64,000 nucleotides of DNA from assembly GCA_965231125.1 (NCBI GenBank), contig OZ246414.1:145739-209738 (forward strand), written 5' to 3'. This stretch comes from an uncultured Gammaproteobacteria bacterium. GTDB lineage: Bacteria; Patescibacteriota; Microgenomatia; Woykebacterales; RBG-16-39-9b. How positions within the stretch are numbered: the first letter of the stretch is position 1; the number at the start of each line of letters is the position of its first letter. Below, piece by piece: positions 1 through 8,697 of this stretch. The notes under the pieces are model-generated. The model was not told the DNA's origin. It searched no databases and saw only the letters and a list, made by a program, of their open reading frames with translations. The position numbers and the translations under genes were made by a program.

Positions 1-413
1 CTGAGAAAGCAGTCAAAAAGAAAGTTAACTTTATCCTTGAAATACCTAAGCAGGATTTACCAAAAATAGAGATTGATGAAAATCGTATCACCCAGGCTTT
101 TGAAGGGTTACTCGATAACGCTGTAAAATTTAGTCGAGAAGGCGGCAAAATTACCGTTGGGTTGGAAGAAAAAAACAGGGAGTTGCTCGTTTCGATAAAA
201 GATACTGGTATTGGTATTTCTAAGGAAGAGTCAGCAAAAGTCTTTAAAAAATTCCACCGGGCGACAGACACTCTCACGTACAATTTTGAAGGAATTGGCT
301 TGGGCCTTTATCTGGCTAAATTGATAATTGAGGCCCACCGCGGTAAGATTTGGTTTGAGTCGGAGCTAGGCAAAGGTTCCACTTTCTACGTAAGCCTGCC
401 GGTTAGAGTCTAG
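1..413 (+). CDS. sensor histidine kinase, C-terminal ATPase (HATPase_c) part; 5' partial at window edge
   Basis: Frame-3 ORF open to the window start. N-box-like LLDNAVKF and G1/G2 boxes DTGIGI / GIGLGL in the translation. Confidence 0.75.
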   Translation, partial: EKAVKKKVNFILEIPKQDLPKIEIDENRITQAFEGLLDNAVKFSREGGKITVGLEEKNRELLVSIKDTGIGISKEESAKVFKKFHRATDTLTYNFEGIGLGLYLAKLIIEAHRGKIWFESELGKGSTFYVSLPVRV

Positions 414-1158
414 GCAGATATTTTTGGGGTTCTACATTATTTCCGTCGAAATAGAGCTCAAGGTGAAGGTGAGGGCCGGTGGCGTCTCCGGTTGCGCCGA
501 TAAGACCAATAGTCGTTCCCTTGGTAACCTTCTTACCTTTCTTCACTAAAATTTTTGAAAGATGGGCGTAGCGAGAAGAGAAACCGTCCGCGTGTTTTAT
601 CACCACAGTATAGCCGTACCCATCGTTTTCCCAGACGGCGCTGACAACTGTCCCGGTAGCAACCGGCTTAATCGGGGCCCCATACGGGTTAGGAATATCA
701 ATTGCTCGGTGTAAATACCAAAAACCTTGAGAAGGCGAACCCTTAACTGGTCTTTGGAATATTGGCGCGCGGGATACACTTATAGAATCGGTAAAGGCTA
801 TCTTGTTTACGACTATCGGCGCCGGGTTATTAACAGGAGCGGCTGCCGTAAGAGCCGGCAGAGCACTGAAACTGATAACAAAGAATCCAAAAATATGGCT
901 TCGCAACGCCCGGTTGAGAGCCGTAAAAGATTTTTTAGTCCAAGCAGACGCCGCCCCAGTCGTAACCAAAGCGTCAGCCAAAATCACACGAGAGGTGTAA
1001 TTTGCAGCTTTGATGGTTCGGGGAGAGAGTTGGACACGAAGAAATGCGTTATTGAGTTTTGCTTTTCGCTGGGGCAGAGAGCGCCCTTCGACAAGCTCCG
1101 GGTGTCTCTTTTTCAACATAAACTCCGCCAGAAGGCGGAGATATAAAAAATCTCCCAC
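403..1158 (-). CDS. M23 family metallopeptidase with hydrophobic anchor segment
   Basis: 251-aa ORF. C-terminal M23 signature (...GDATGPHLHLELY) and an internal hydrophobic stretch FGFFVISFSALPALTAAAP. The true start may be downstream of the listed Met. Confidence 0.75.
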   Translation of the reverse strand: MGDFLYLRLLAEFMLKKRHPELVEGRSLPQRKAKLNNAFLRVQLSPRTIKAANYTSRVILADALVTTGAASAWTKKSFTALNRALRSHIFGFFVISFSALPALTAAAPVNNPAPIVVNKIAFTDSISVSRAPIFQRPVKGSPSQGFWYLHRAIDIPNPYGAPIKPVATGTVVSAVWENDGYGYTVVIKHADGFSSRYAHLSKILVKKGKKVTKGTTIGLIGATGDATGPHLHLELYFDGNNVEPQKYLPRL

Positions 1159-1254
1159 GCTTTGGGAGACAGAAGGATTTTAACAGACTTTTAGCCGCTT
1201 GTCAACACTGCGAAGCTTCAAGCGAAGTAGTGTCAAATTTTTGACTTTTAAAAG

Positions 1255-1283
1255 TTAGCCTTTTCGCCTCGCTATGATATAAT
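1255..1283 (+). promoter_or_regulatory. sigma70-like promoter (TTAGCC - 17 nt - TGaTATAAT)
   Basis: -35-like TTAGCC at 1255-1260, a 17-nt spacer, and extended -10 TGATATAAT ending at 1283. Confidence 0.4.
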
Positions 1284-1284
1284 C

Positions 1285-1343
1285 GCAAGATTACATCTTG
1301 CTCGTGCATCGCAGGAGCGATTAAATCGCAGATTAAATCTGCG
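1285..1343. promoter_or_regulatory. twin perfect 7-bp palindromes/hairpins GCAAGAT-TAC-ATCTTGC (1285-1301) and CGCAGAT-TAA-ATCTGCG (1327-1343)
   Basis: Read directly from the sequence. The two centres are 42 bp apart (about 4 helical turns). They sit between two -10 boxes upstream of tRNA-Cys. Confidence 0.5.
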
Positions 1344-1358
1344 CTTGCATCACAAGAG

Positions 1359-1367
1359 TGATATAAT
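1359..1367 (+). promoter_or_regulatory. extended -10 (TGATATAAT) upstream of tRNA-Cys
   Basis: TGnTATAAT lies 16 nt upstream of the tRNA 5' end. No clear -35. Confidence 0.4.
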
Positions 1368-1383
1368 ATTTAAAGCTAAAATG

Positions 1384-1456
1384 GCGACGTGACCGAGTGG
1401 CTAGGTAGAGGTCTGCAAAACCTTTTACGGCGGTTCGAATCCGCTCGTCGCCTCCA
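1384..1456 (+). tRNA. tRNA-Cys (anticodon GCA)
   Basis: Manual cloverleaf. Acceptor GGCGACG/CGTCGCC, anticodon stem GAGGT/ACCTT, loop CTGCAAA, T-loop TTCGAAT, discriminator U, encoded CCA. Confidence 0.85.
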
Positions 1457-1472
1457 CAAACCCCGCGGAAAC

Positions 1473-1501
1473 TTGACTTTAACCTATAGTTATGCTATAA
1501 T
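1473..1501 (+). promoter_or_regulatory. consensus sigma70 promoter TTGACT - 17 nt - TATAAT driving GC-rich cassette A
   Basis: -35 at 1473-1478 and -10 at 1496-1501 with an exact 17-nt spacer. Confidence 0.6.
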
Positions 1502-1596
1502 TTATGGTGTTCTCGCAAGAGGACAGCACTTTCAGAATTGCAGTTGATAGTTGTGGAGGCTACCACTGCATAGATAAAGAAAGGAGAAATCGGTAC

Positions 1597-2358
1597 ATGG
1601 CACGGACACGAAAAGCTGAACCAGTGTGGGAGTGGACTTTCGACCTGGCCAAGTGGCCCCACGGGACCTTCTTCGGTCGCAGGTGGTTGGAGTTCCACCA
1701 CGGGTACATAGTTCAGCCGCCAAACGGCTGCATCTACTCCTGGACCTGTGTGTGGGCTACCATTGCCTGGGCCTTCGACAAGGTTCTCAGTGGGATCAAA
1801 AAGGCTCCCTTCCGACTCCTGAAGGCCGTCATGCAACAGCGTGCGGCTAAGAGACCAAAGCCTGTTCTCTCGCCTGGTCGAACCAGCCATGCGACCTTCG
1901 TCGCGCCGCCCAAGGTGGCCATAAGGTCATACGAGCGGCAGAGAGCCAAGGTCGAGCGGCAAACGCCGTTCATCCTTAGGTTCATCGGTAGGTACATACT
2001 GCACCCCGTGTTCCTGGGTCGGTACTCACCATTCCGACTGCTTGGTCGAGGACTGCTGGTCGTCCTGATCCCTGTTGACCGCTTCATGCGGAGGAACGAG
2101 GATGCCGTATTCCCCGTGATGATAACCGTCGGTGTATTGGCGCTCATCGTGATTGCCTTCATCAACGAGCCCATCATCACGGCGATCGTCCTCGGCACAA
2201 TCTTTACACTCATAGTGCTGCTGGTCTTGCTGAGGCTTTTCCTTGACAGTGAGTTCGGGAGAGTGGTCATCGGCATGGCGACAGCGACCAAAGACCGCCT
2301 GTGCCCTGGGACCAAACTGATAGACACTCGGTCTGGCCCCTCCACTTCGGCTGCGTAA
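1597..2358 (+). CDS. hypothetical protein with Trp-rich N-terminal region and C-terminal transmembrane helices (GC-rich cassette A)
   Basis: ATG at 1597 is preceded by AAAGGAG at a 9-nt spacing. Strong GC3 codon bias that differs from neighbouring genes. An in-frame upstream extension to 1504 is less likely. A long antisense ORF (1734..2405) is consistent with GC3 bias rather than a second gene. Confidence 0.55.
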   Translation: MARTRKAEPVWEWTFDLAKWPHGTFFGRRWLEFHHGYIVQPPNGCIYSWTCVWATIAWAFDKVLSGIKKAPFRLLKAVMQQRAAKRPKPVLSPGRTSHATFVAPPKVAIRSYERQRAKVERQTPFILRFIGRYILHPVFLGRYSPFRLLGRGLLVVLIPVDRFMRRNEDAVFPVMITVGVLALIVIAFINEPIITAIVLGTIFTLIVLLVLLRLFLDSEFGRVVIGMATATKDRLCPGTKLIDTRSGPSTSAA

Positions 2359-2473
2359 GCACCGAGAGCCAAGGCCGAACTATCAACAGAGACAGAGCCA
2401 CGCAAGTGGTGATTGGGGTGAAACCAATCTTAAATCTGATTTCCTAAGACAATCTTTAATCTAAGGTTGGTTT

Positions 2474-2545
2474 AGGAGGGAAAACGACTCGGTCCATTCT
2501 TCGCATAAAGCTGCGAAGGATTGGCAAAAGGGTCGTTTTTCTTTT
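2474..2545. terminator. bidirectional terminator-like hairpin element, repeat family copy 1 (GGAGGGAAAACGAC...GTCGTTTTTCTTTT with nested CTTCGC-ATAAAGCT-GCGAAG hairpin)
   Basis: Stem AAAACGAC (2481-2488) pairs with GTCGTTTT (2532-2539) and is followed by a T-run. It lies between convergent genes. A near-identical arm pair recurs at 11745-11786. Confidence 0.5.
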
Positions 2546-2591
2546 GAAAAGGTTTAAGAACAGTTTCAACCTACTTAGTTCATTTAACTAG

Positions 2592-2807
2592 TTAAATAGA
2601 TAATAAACGAAAAGGAATTTCCTCGCCTTCAGCCGCTAAACTTTCGACATGAAATTTTATCAGAGCTTTTACGTTTTTCAGGGCCTCTTCAAGAGTATCA
2701 CCATCATCCGCAAGACCTAGTGTCGGACAATAGGCGGTGAAACATTGTTGGCCGGCTCCAACTCTTTTATCTGGTTCAACCACCACCCGGTAAGTTAGAT
2801 CTTTCAT
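2592..2807 (-). CDS. HicB-like / UPF0150 family antitoxin-type protein (no adjacent HicA seen)
   Basis: 71-aa ORF. The motif pattern YRVVVEPDK...GAGQQCFTAYCPTLGL...GDTLEEALKNVKALIKFHVESL is typical of the HicB N-terminal domain. Confidence 0.5.
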   Translation of the reverse strand: MKDLTYRVVVEPDKRVGAGQQCFTAYCPTLGLADDGDTLEEALKNVKALIKFHVESLAAEGEEIPFRLLSI

Positions 2808-2846
2808 ACGCTGCTATTCTAAGTTAAAAAGAGGATAAAAACAAGG

Positions 2847-3944
2847 CTAGATTTTCTTGGCAAATCCTGCGGCTATCCAGCCGGAAGATTTTGAGGAGAT
2901 GGAAATTTTATACCAGCCACTCTTCTCAGCCAATACTTCAAAAGTATCCCCTGGTTTTACCTTTTTAACTATTGGAAAACTGGTTCCTGGACCGGAGCGA
3001 ACATTCAAAAACCCGTTTGGTGTTGCAAGAATCTTTACTTTTGGCGCTGCGGCTTTTCCGCCCAAAAGTTTTCCCCAGGCGGCTTTCGCCTTGGTCGAAA
3101 GCTTCCCGGCGGAATCACTCAAGTAACCGACCGTAACAGCCTTTTTCTTTGAATAAGTCGGGTCCAGTGTATAAGTCTTACCGTTTGCGTCAATTAATAA
3201 ATCAAATTTCCGCGGCACATCTTGCCCACTCGTCTGGAAATACCAGATCGCCTGCGCCCAAGCAGAAAAATCGCTAGTTAAATTAAGGTTTCCGGCCGAG
3301 AGATCAAAAAGGGAATATTTCCCCTTGCTTTCAAGTTTTTTATTTTGCGGATATGGAGAGATGGCAAGTGAAACTGAGGCAGTCAGTCGAAAACCATCTT
3401 GGATGTTTATTCCAATTTCTCGGGTGACGTAGCCTTCTTTGGAAACTTTAAGGGTGTGGACACCTGGACTAACGACTGATGAAAGCGGGGCGGCACCAAC
3501 CCCTTCCCCGTCAATAAAAACTCCGGTACCTTCGGGATTGGTAGTAATTGAAATCCCAGCACCCTTGCGAAGCGCCAAAGTTTCCCCAGAAGCAAAGAGC
3601 GCATCGGGCGCAAAATTATACCGGACAACGGTGACGGCCGAAGGGTAAAGGTCGATTTTTTGATTGAAAGAGACTGTCCTTGCGCTAGCAGAAGCCTGCC
3701 GAGAATTTGAAAAAGTGGGAACTTGGGCAGTTAACGTTAAATCATAACTACCAACCTTAAGGTTCTTTTCCTGGAGAGGAGTTGCCCCAAGACTCTGTCC
3801 GCCTAGGCCCACCATGGCTTCTGGATTAGCCTCAATTTTGAGAAATCCTTGGGGCGCTCGTATGGCCGGAACGAAATACTGATAAACAAAAAAACCAGCT
3901 ATTAAAACAAGGAGAAATGTTAACAGTTGAGCCGGCCTTTTCAT
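2847..3944 (-). CDS. membrane-anchored protein with PEGA-like repeats and C-terminal SH3b domain
   Basis: N-terminal TM helix. PEGA-like segments (TTNPEGTGVFIDGEGVG...LKVSKEGY). C-terminal SH3b-like segment VRSGPGTSFPIVKKVKPGDTFEVLAEKSGWYKI. Confidence 0.55.
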   Translation of the reverse strand: MKRPAQLLTFLLVLIAGFFVYQYFVPAIRAPQGFLKIEANPEAMVGLGGQSLGATPLQEKNLKVGSYDLTLTAQVPTFSNSRQASASARTVSFNQKIDLYPSAVTVVRYNFAPDALFASGETLALRKGAGISITTNPEGTGVFIDGEGVGAAPLSSVVSPGVHTLKVSKEGYVTREIGINIQDGFRLTASVSLAISPYPQNKKLESKGKYSLFDLSAGNLNLTSDFSAWAQAIWYFQTSGQDVPRKFDLLIDANGKTYTLDPTYSKKKAVTVGYLSDSAGKLSTKAKAAWGKLLGGKAAAPKVKILATPNGFLNVRSGPGTSFPIVKKVKPGDTFEVLAEKSGWYKISISSKSSGWIAAGFAKKI

Positions 3945-4007
3945 AGACCAGAGAAGGATAGCACACTAGGTAAGGCTCGTAAACTACCCAACCCGAGCTT
4001 GTTTTAA

Positions 4008-4580
4008 ATGGCAAAAATTGCTAAATTAGAACTAATGTCCAAAACCCACCCAGTTAAGTTTCTAGATGAGTTTATTCTTCCGGCTGTCGTGGTTGTCGGA
4101 ACAAAATACATAAGCGTCTTCTTGGTGGCGGCAATCTTTTCTTATAGTTGGAAACCTGGGTTCCACCTCTTCCAAATTTTCTCTATACCCTTCGTTGAAT
4201 TTGCGAACCAGCAATCTTTAATTGTAGTTAACTCAATTTCGTCTTTAGTAACCAGCCTTGTTTTGGCCGCCGGTTTCACTTGGGTGTTTTTCCGGATGCA
4301 GTACTTTCACGAAGATTTTTTGCCCCCGAAAGTTTCTTCAAAGTTGTACCAAAAAAAGATGGAGTTTTTAATAATTAGCGACCGGGAAGCCGCTCACCAA
4401 GTAACTGCGTGGTTTTTAATTGGAGCCGGGGTGTTTCTTTTAAATCTACTCGGATTTCTGGCGGGCAACCTTGTTCTCTTTGTTTTAGTGATTAGTACCA
4501 GTACTACTTTCTTTCTGAGCACCCTGACTATCCTTGATATGACGAGAAAAGGATCTAGCCTGCACCAAGGACGTAGATGA
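4008..4580 (+). CDS. hypothetical polytopic membrane protein
   Basis: 190-aa ORF with several hydrophobic helices. No recognisable motif. Confidence 0.45.
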   Translation: MAKIAKLELMSKTHPVKFLDEFILPAVVVVGTKYISVFLVAAIFSYSWKPGFHLFQIFSIPFVEFANQQSLIVVNSISSLVTSLVLAAGFTWVFFRMQYFHEDFLPPKVSSKLYQKKMEFLIISDREAAHQVTAWFLIGAGVFLLNLLGFLAGNLVLFVLVISTSTTFFLSTLTILDMTRKGSSLHQGRR

Positions 4581-5484
4581 TGAATACTACGGATCCTAAC
4601 CACAGTAAGATAGTGGCCAGAAGTGGAAAATCCTTAACCAGGGTCTTCTCCGGAGAATCCTCCCCTGTCCCCTCAAAAATCAGAAAAAGGTACCTTAATA
4701 TTCCGTAGACAACTAAGGGAATTGTGAGCATCAGCCATTTTGGATAGGCCAAGGTTCGAGGTAGAAAAGAAAAAACGAATGCTTTGTTGTGTAGCTCCAG
4801 CTCATTGAAGGTAAAGAGGCTGTAAGTTATTAAGCAAGCCGCACCCATCATAAAAGTTATTCCGTCCAAAAATCGTTCCGGGTATTGGTAAAGGGTTTCA
4901 CGGTGTTTGCCAGCAAGGTGGTGGGTTAGTAGAGTGAGTTCGGCGCGTCTTTTACCGGCAGCCAGTAGCAACGAGAGCATGATTGTAGTGAGTATTAACC
5001 AAGAAGATAGTGGCACGACAACTACAAAACTTCCGGCGAAGACTCTTAGTATAAAAGTTATCGCAATTGTCACAATGTCCAGTAAAATTGTAAATTTCAG
5101 GACTAGATTGTAAAGAAGCTGAACAATAACAAACGCTAAAGCCACACTAAAAAAGTAGTAAGAAAGCTTGAAACTTAGAAAAAGTCCAACTGCAGTTAAG
5201 ATAGTAGCAATAATGACGGCAAGTTGGGGAGAAAGTAAGCCAGACGCTATCGGCCGAGATTTTTTATACACGTGAATTTTGTCTCTTTGCCGGTCGACCG
5301 AGTCGTTTATTAGGTACATTGCGGATGATAAGATGTTCATTAGCCAAAATGCCCAGAAGACTGGCCAAAAAAACTCTGGTTTAAATAAATCTCTAGAAAA
5401 TAAAATTGCGGCGAAAAGAGCTGTGTTTTTTAACCACTGCAGGGGTCTTAAACTAAGAAAAATTGGGTAAAGGTTTCCTTTCAT
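4555..5484 (-). CDS. UbiA-superfamily prenyltransferase (decaprenyl-phosphate phosphoribosyltransferase-like)
   Basis: Polytopic membrane protein with the aspartate-rich motif YLINDSVDRQRDKIH...RPIASG typical of UbiA/DPPR synthases. Confidence 0.7.
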   Translation of the reverse strand: MKGNLYPIFLSLRPLQWLKNTALFAAILFSRDLFKPEFFWPVFWAFWLMNILSSAMYLINDSVDRQRDKIHVYKKSRPIASGLLSPQLAVIIATILTAVGLFLSFKLSYYFFSVALAFVIVQLLYNLVLKFTILLDIVTIAITFILRVFAGSFVVVVPLSSWLILTTIMLSLLLAAGKRRAELTLLTHHLAGKHRETLYQYPERFLDGITFMMGAACLITYSLFTFNELELHNKAFVFSFLPRTLAYPKWLMLTIPLVVYGILRYLFLIFEGTGEDSPEKTLVKDFPLLATILLWLGSVVFIIYVLGAG

Positions 5485-6578
5485 GTTTTAAATTTAAGCC
5501 TCCGGTTCAAAGTTGCGATGGTTATTAAGACGGCAAGGAGAATGATAAAAATCATTATGATTGCAAAAAATTTACCTCTGCTTCCAAGTGTTAAAGCAAA
5601 GGCGGCGAGTACTATAGTAACAAAATAATAAAATAGGGCTATCTGCGGTATTTTCCAACCAAGGTTCAAAAGTTGATGGTGAAGATGTTCGCGATCTCCC
5701 CAAACTGGAAGCCGCCTTTTCAGAACCCTTCTTCCGATTGCCCACACCCCGTCCATTAAAGGTACTGCCAGAACAATTAATACTACGGCGAGTTTTCCGC
5801 CTGCTAAAATTGAAAGGACGGCGATCAAGAAACCGGCCAGTGCCCCACCGCTATAACCGGGCATAATTTTTTGGGGGTAAAAGCTCCACGGTAAGAACCC
5901 CAAATAAGCTCCAGCTGTCGCAAAAGCGAGTACCGCAAGAGGTATTTGGGTGGGATCAACGGCAAGGTATTTAGTAGCTACAAACCCCAGAGTAACGGCG
6001 GCGATTGCCGCTATCCCCGAAAGTTGACCATCCACGCCCGAAGACCAGTTAAGAGCGTTTATAAGCCAGGCAATCCACACAAAAGCAAATAAGTCCGCCA
6101 AAAGAATAATTGAGTGAGTACCGCCAAAAATCGCTCCGTTGGGTACAACAACTTTGATTATAAACTCATCGAAGCGAATTTGCCCGCCGAAAGGATTAAA
6201 GATCGAGGTTATGCCGACTCCAAAAGCAACCACAACCCCCGCCGCCAAGAAATTGCTCGCCAGTCGAATATATGGGTTTAGGTCGAGTTTATCATCTAGG
6301 ACCCCGACTACTACCACAACCCCCGCCCCGAGAAAAACGCCAACCAGCTGTTTAGTGATTAAATGAGCGTTCAAAAGAGTGAAAAAAAAGTAGGTGGCGA
6401 ATATTGAAATCAAGACTGCCACCCCGCCACCACGGGGTATAGGTTTATTGTGAATAATAGCCGGGTGAGGTCTATCCGGATAATCGACGATATTTAGGTT
6501 TTTAGCAAATTTTATAACTGTCGGCGTTACAAGAAGCGAGATTATAAACCCTACGCCTACCGCCCAATATGTGTTCAT
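5481..6578 (-). CDS. glycosyltransferase family 4, MraY/WecA-type polyprenyl-phosphate sugar-1-phosphate transferase
   Basis: VDYPDRPHPAIIHNKPIPRGGGVAV and LDDKLDL motifs. Multi-pass membrane protein. Start overlaps the upstream gene. Confidence 0.7.
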   Translation of the reverse strand: MNTYWAVGVGFIISLLVTPTVIKFAKNLNIVDYPDRPHPAIIHNKPIPRGGGVAVLISIFATYFFFTLLNAHLITKQLVGVFLGAGVVVVVGVLDDKLDLNPYIRLASNFLAAGVVVAFGVGITSIFNPFGGQIRFDEFIIKVVVPNGAIFGGTHSIILLADLFAFVWIAWLINALNWSSGVDGQLSGIAAIAAVTLGFVATKYLAVDPTQIPLAVLAFATAGAYLGFLPWSFYPQKIMPGYSGGALAGFLIAVLSILAGGKLAVVLIVLAVPLMDGVWAIGRRVLKRRLPVWGDREHLHHQLLNLGWKIPQIALFYYFVTIVLAAFALTLGSRGKFFAIIMIFIILLAVLITIATLNRRLKFKT

Positions 6579-6584
6579 AGGTAG

Positions 6585-6923
6585 CTACAACACCAGGAAT
6601 ATTATTTTGACCAGAGCGTAACTCGCGATAATTCCAAAAATTGGGACCGACCAAAAAAGCAGCCGCTTAAGAATTGTTGATTCTAGGTTTTTAGCTAAAG
6701 CCCAATTCAAGATTAAAATGGAGATTGAAAGGAGAGGCACGAGCCAGAGAAAAGCGGGGTTTGCCAATCTTTGGGGGCCCCAGACTCGTGAGTACCAAAG
6801 CGGAATTTGGGGCGGTAGTCTGCCGATTGTTAGCAAAAGTAGAAGGGACGAGACAAAAACAACCAATTGGCAGATCAGGGCAGAAACCGCGTTATACGAG
6901 TTTAAAATTTTAGAAGCCTTCAT
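6585..6923 (-). CDS. small 3-4 TM membrane protein (possible GtrA-like carrier-lipid sugar translocation component)
   Basis: 112-aa hydrophobic ORF inside the glycan operon. Function not recognisable from sequence. Confidence 0.4.
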   Translation of the reverse strand: MKASKILNSYNAVSALICQLVVFVSSLLLLLTIGRLPPQIPLWYSRVWGPQRLANPAFLWLVPLLSISILILNWALAKNLESTILKRLLFWSVPIFGIIASYALVKIIFLVL

Positions 6924-7010
6924 AGTAGTGTAATCTAAAAACGCAAACTGATTATAATTTTTCTAAGTGACTTTTGTCCAACCCTTGTTTGGGCAAGGTA
7001 CTTATCTAAG

Positions 7011-8654
7011 TCAGGGAATTTTATAAATGAAGATGCTATAGCCAGCCTTAGCAGCTCCCTCGTATTTATCCACGACCCAAGAATAATTGTCCTTTCGACC
7101 TTGATGGTAGGTAATGACTGATGTGGATAAAGCTAAGTAACCTTTATAGCTTGTGTCCGCCGGTGAAATAGCAGTTACGGGAATTTTGTAGTAGTTTGCA
7201 GCGTACATGCCGGTGTAGTTGTCAAAAGCAATGGATTTAATATTGTTTTTTTGGACGTAAGAGGCTAGACGTTTCACATCCTGGCCCCAGTCGTAGTTGG
7301 AATCGTCAGAAATTTTCCAACCGTTTTGGCTTCCCCCGAAAGCAACATTGTAGTAACTAAGAAATCCTGGAAAGGTGGTTGCTACGGACCAGACTCTTCC
7401 CCCGAAAATTACAAGTGTTAATGCAGCCGCCAAAACTAAGCCCGCCCGCCCGCCTTTTAACAAATAATTTATTAGAAAGGCGAACGCAGCTGAGGCAAAG
7501 AGGATCATAAACAAATAGAAAGGCAAAACATGTCTCACGCCTATATTTAATTTTGCACTTAGGGCCAAAGCCAAGAAGACTACGTACGGAAGAGAAATTA
7601 AGACAAGACCCTTTCCTTTAAGGGGAAATTTCTTTAAAGTAGTAAGAGTCAACGAGAAAGTAAAAAGGGCAAGAGTAAGAAGTTGGGTTTTAGCTAAGAC
7701 AAGTACGGGGAAATAGTACCAACGACTCCCGTAGTAGCCTTCTCCAAGAAGATAAGAGAAGCGTTGGTCCGAAGTTAACTGATGTTGAACCAGAAAAGCA
7801 CCTTTAAAGAACTCATAAGGGAAAAACCCGATCGGTCCTTGGTCACGGAAAGATATTAGTCCGTAGAAAAGGGAGATAGCTGCCGAAACGCCAACTACGA
7901 CGAAAATTAAATGTCGCCACGGCCGGCTTGACTGGGTTAAATAAATCCAAGTCATTAAGACCAAAGTTAGCGGGAGCAGATAGAGGGCAGAATATTTGCT
8001 TAGTAAAGCAACACTCAACGATAGTATCAGGAATATAAGGTTCTTGATAGATTGAGACTCCCTGTAGAGAAAAAGAGCAAAAATAGAAGTCAAAATGAAA
8101 CCGGCCGCAGCAGTATCGGTGTTGACGAATCGTCCGTGAGCTAAAATGTTGGGCTCCGTTGCGTAAAGGAAGGTGGCTGTCAAGGCAGCCGCCAGGCCGA
8201 ATAATCTTTTGGCAAACAAAAAAACCAATAAACCAAAAAGAGTTGTTAGGGCAATCAGCGGAAGCCTGGCTGAAAATAAAATTGCATCTGGATTATTTCC
8301 CGAATAGTTCAAAAATCGCCTTGAGGCATCGTACATTTTTCCAACGTCAAGGGTTCTTTTTTGAGTTACGAAGTTGGGATCCCCTTGTTCGAATTTAATA
8401 TCTTGAAAGACCAGTGGAGCAGCTGCTAAAGATTTGACTAAAAGAGGGTGCTCCGGGTCGATATAATCTTTCCCGAATTTTAAGGCCGCATAGCCAGATA
8501 GGATGTGAGGTGGCTCATCACTTGTTGGGGCATCATTTTTCGCAGAGGCAAACATAACAACCCCCATACTTACTAAAATCAATATTAAAATTACACTGAC
8601 GAGAAATTTTCGCCGGTTAAGAAAATCGTCAATTTTGAGAGAAGCCTGGTGCAT
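7011..8654 (-). CDS. GT-C fold membrane glycosyltransferase (ArnT/PMT, GT39/GT83-like)
   Basis: 547 aa, more than 10 TM helices. First extracytoplasmic loop contains a DE motif (SDEPPHILSGY) typical of polyprenyl-phosphate-sugar-dependent GT-C enzymes. Confidence 0.55.
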   Translation of the reverse strand: MHQASLKIDDFLNRRKFLVSVILILILVSMGVVMFASAKNDAPTSDEPPHILSGYAALKFGKDYIDPEHPLLVKSLAAAPLVFQDIKFEQGDPNFVTQKRTLDVGKMYDASRRFLNYSGNNPDAILFSARLPLIALTTLFGLLVFLFAKRLFGLAAALTATFLYATEPNILAHGRFVNTDTAAAGFILTSIFALFLYRESQSIKNLIFLILSLSVALLSKYSALYLLPLTLVLMTWIYLTQSSRPWRHLIFVVVGVSAAISLFYGLISFRDQGPIGFFPYEFFKGAFLVQHQLTSDQRFSYLLGEGYYGSRWYYFPVLVLAKTQLLTLALFTFSLTLTTLKKFPLKGKGLVLISLPYVVFLALALSAKLNIGVRHVLPFYLFMILFASAAFAFLINYLLKGGRAGLVLAAALTLVIFGGRVWSVATTFPGFLSYYNVAFGGSQNGWKISDDSNYDWGQDVKRLASYVQKNNIKSIAFDNYTGMYAANYYKIPVTAISPADTSYKGYLALSTSVITYHQGRKDNYSWVVDKYEGAAKAGYSIFIYKIP

Positions 8655-8697
8655 TAATTGAAAGTTGTTTTAAAAGAAAAAGCTTCTACAACGGTTG

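Noticed and set aside
727-1146. 139-aa and 65-aa plus-strand ORFs inside the M23 peptidase gene
   Set aside because: Antisense to a gene with clear catalytic motifs. No SD.
1200-1250. TTGTCAACACT...AGTGTCAAA as an inverted repeat
   Set aside because: Arms are not true reverse complements (only a 5-bp core pairs). Left as unremarkable.
1504-1596. In-frame upstream extension of the cassette A ORF (start at 1504)
   Set aside because: Would begin only 3 nt after the predicted -10 and lacks an SD. ATG at 1597 has an AAAGGAG SD at ideal spacing.
1734-2405. 223-aa minus-strand ORF overlapping the cassette A gene
   Set aside because: The plus-strand frame has the promoter, SD and GC3 bias. The antisense ORF is the expected by-product of GC3-rich coding sequence.
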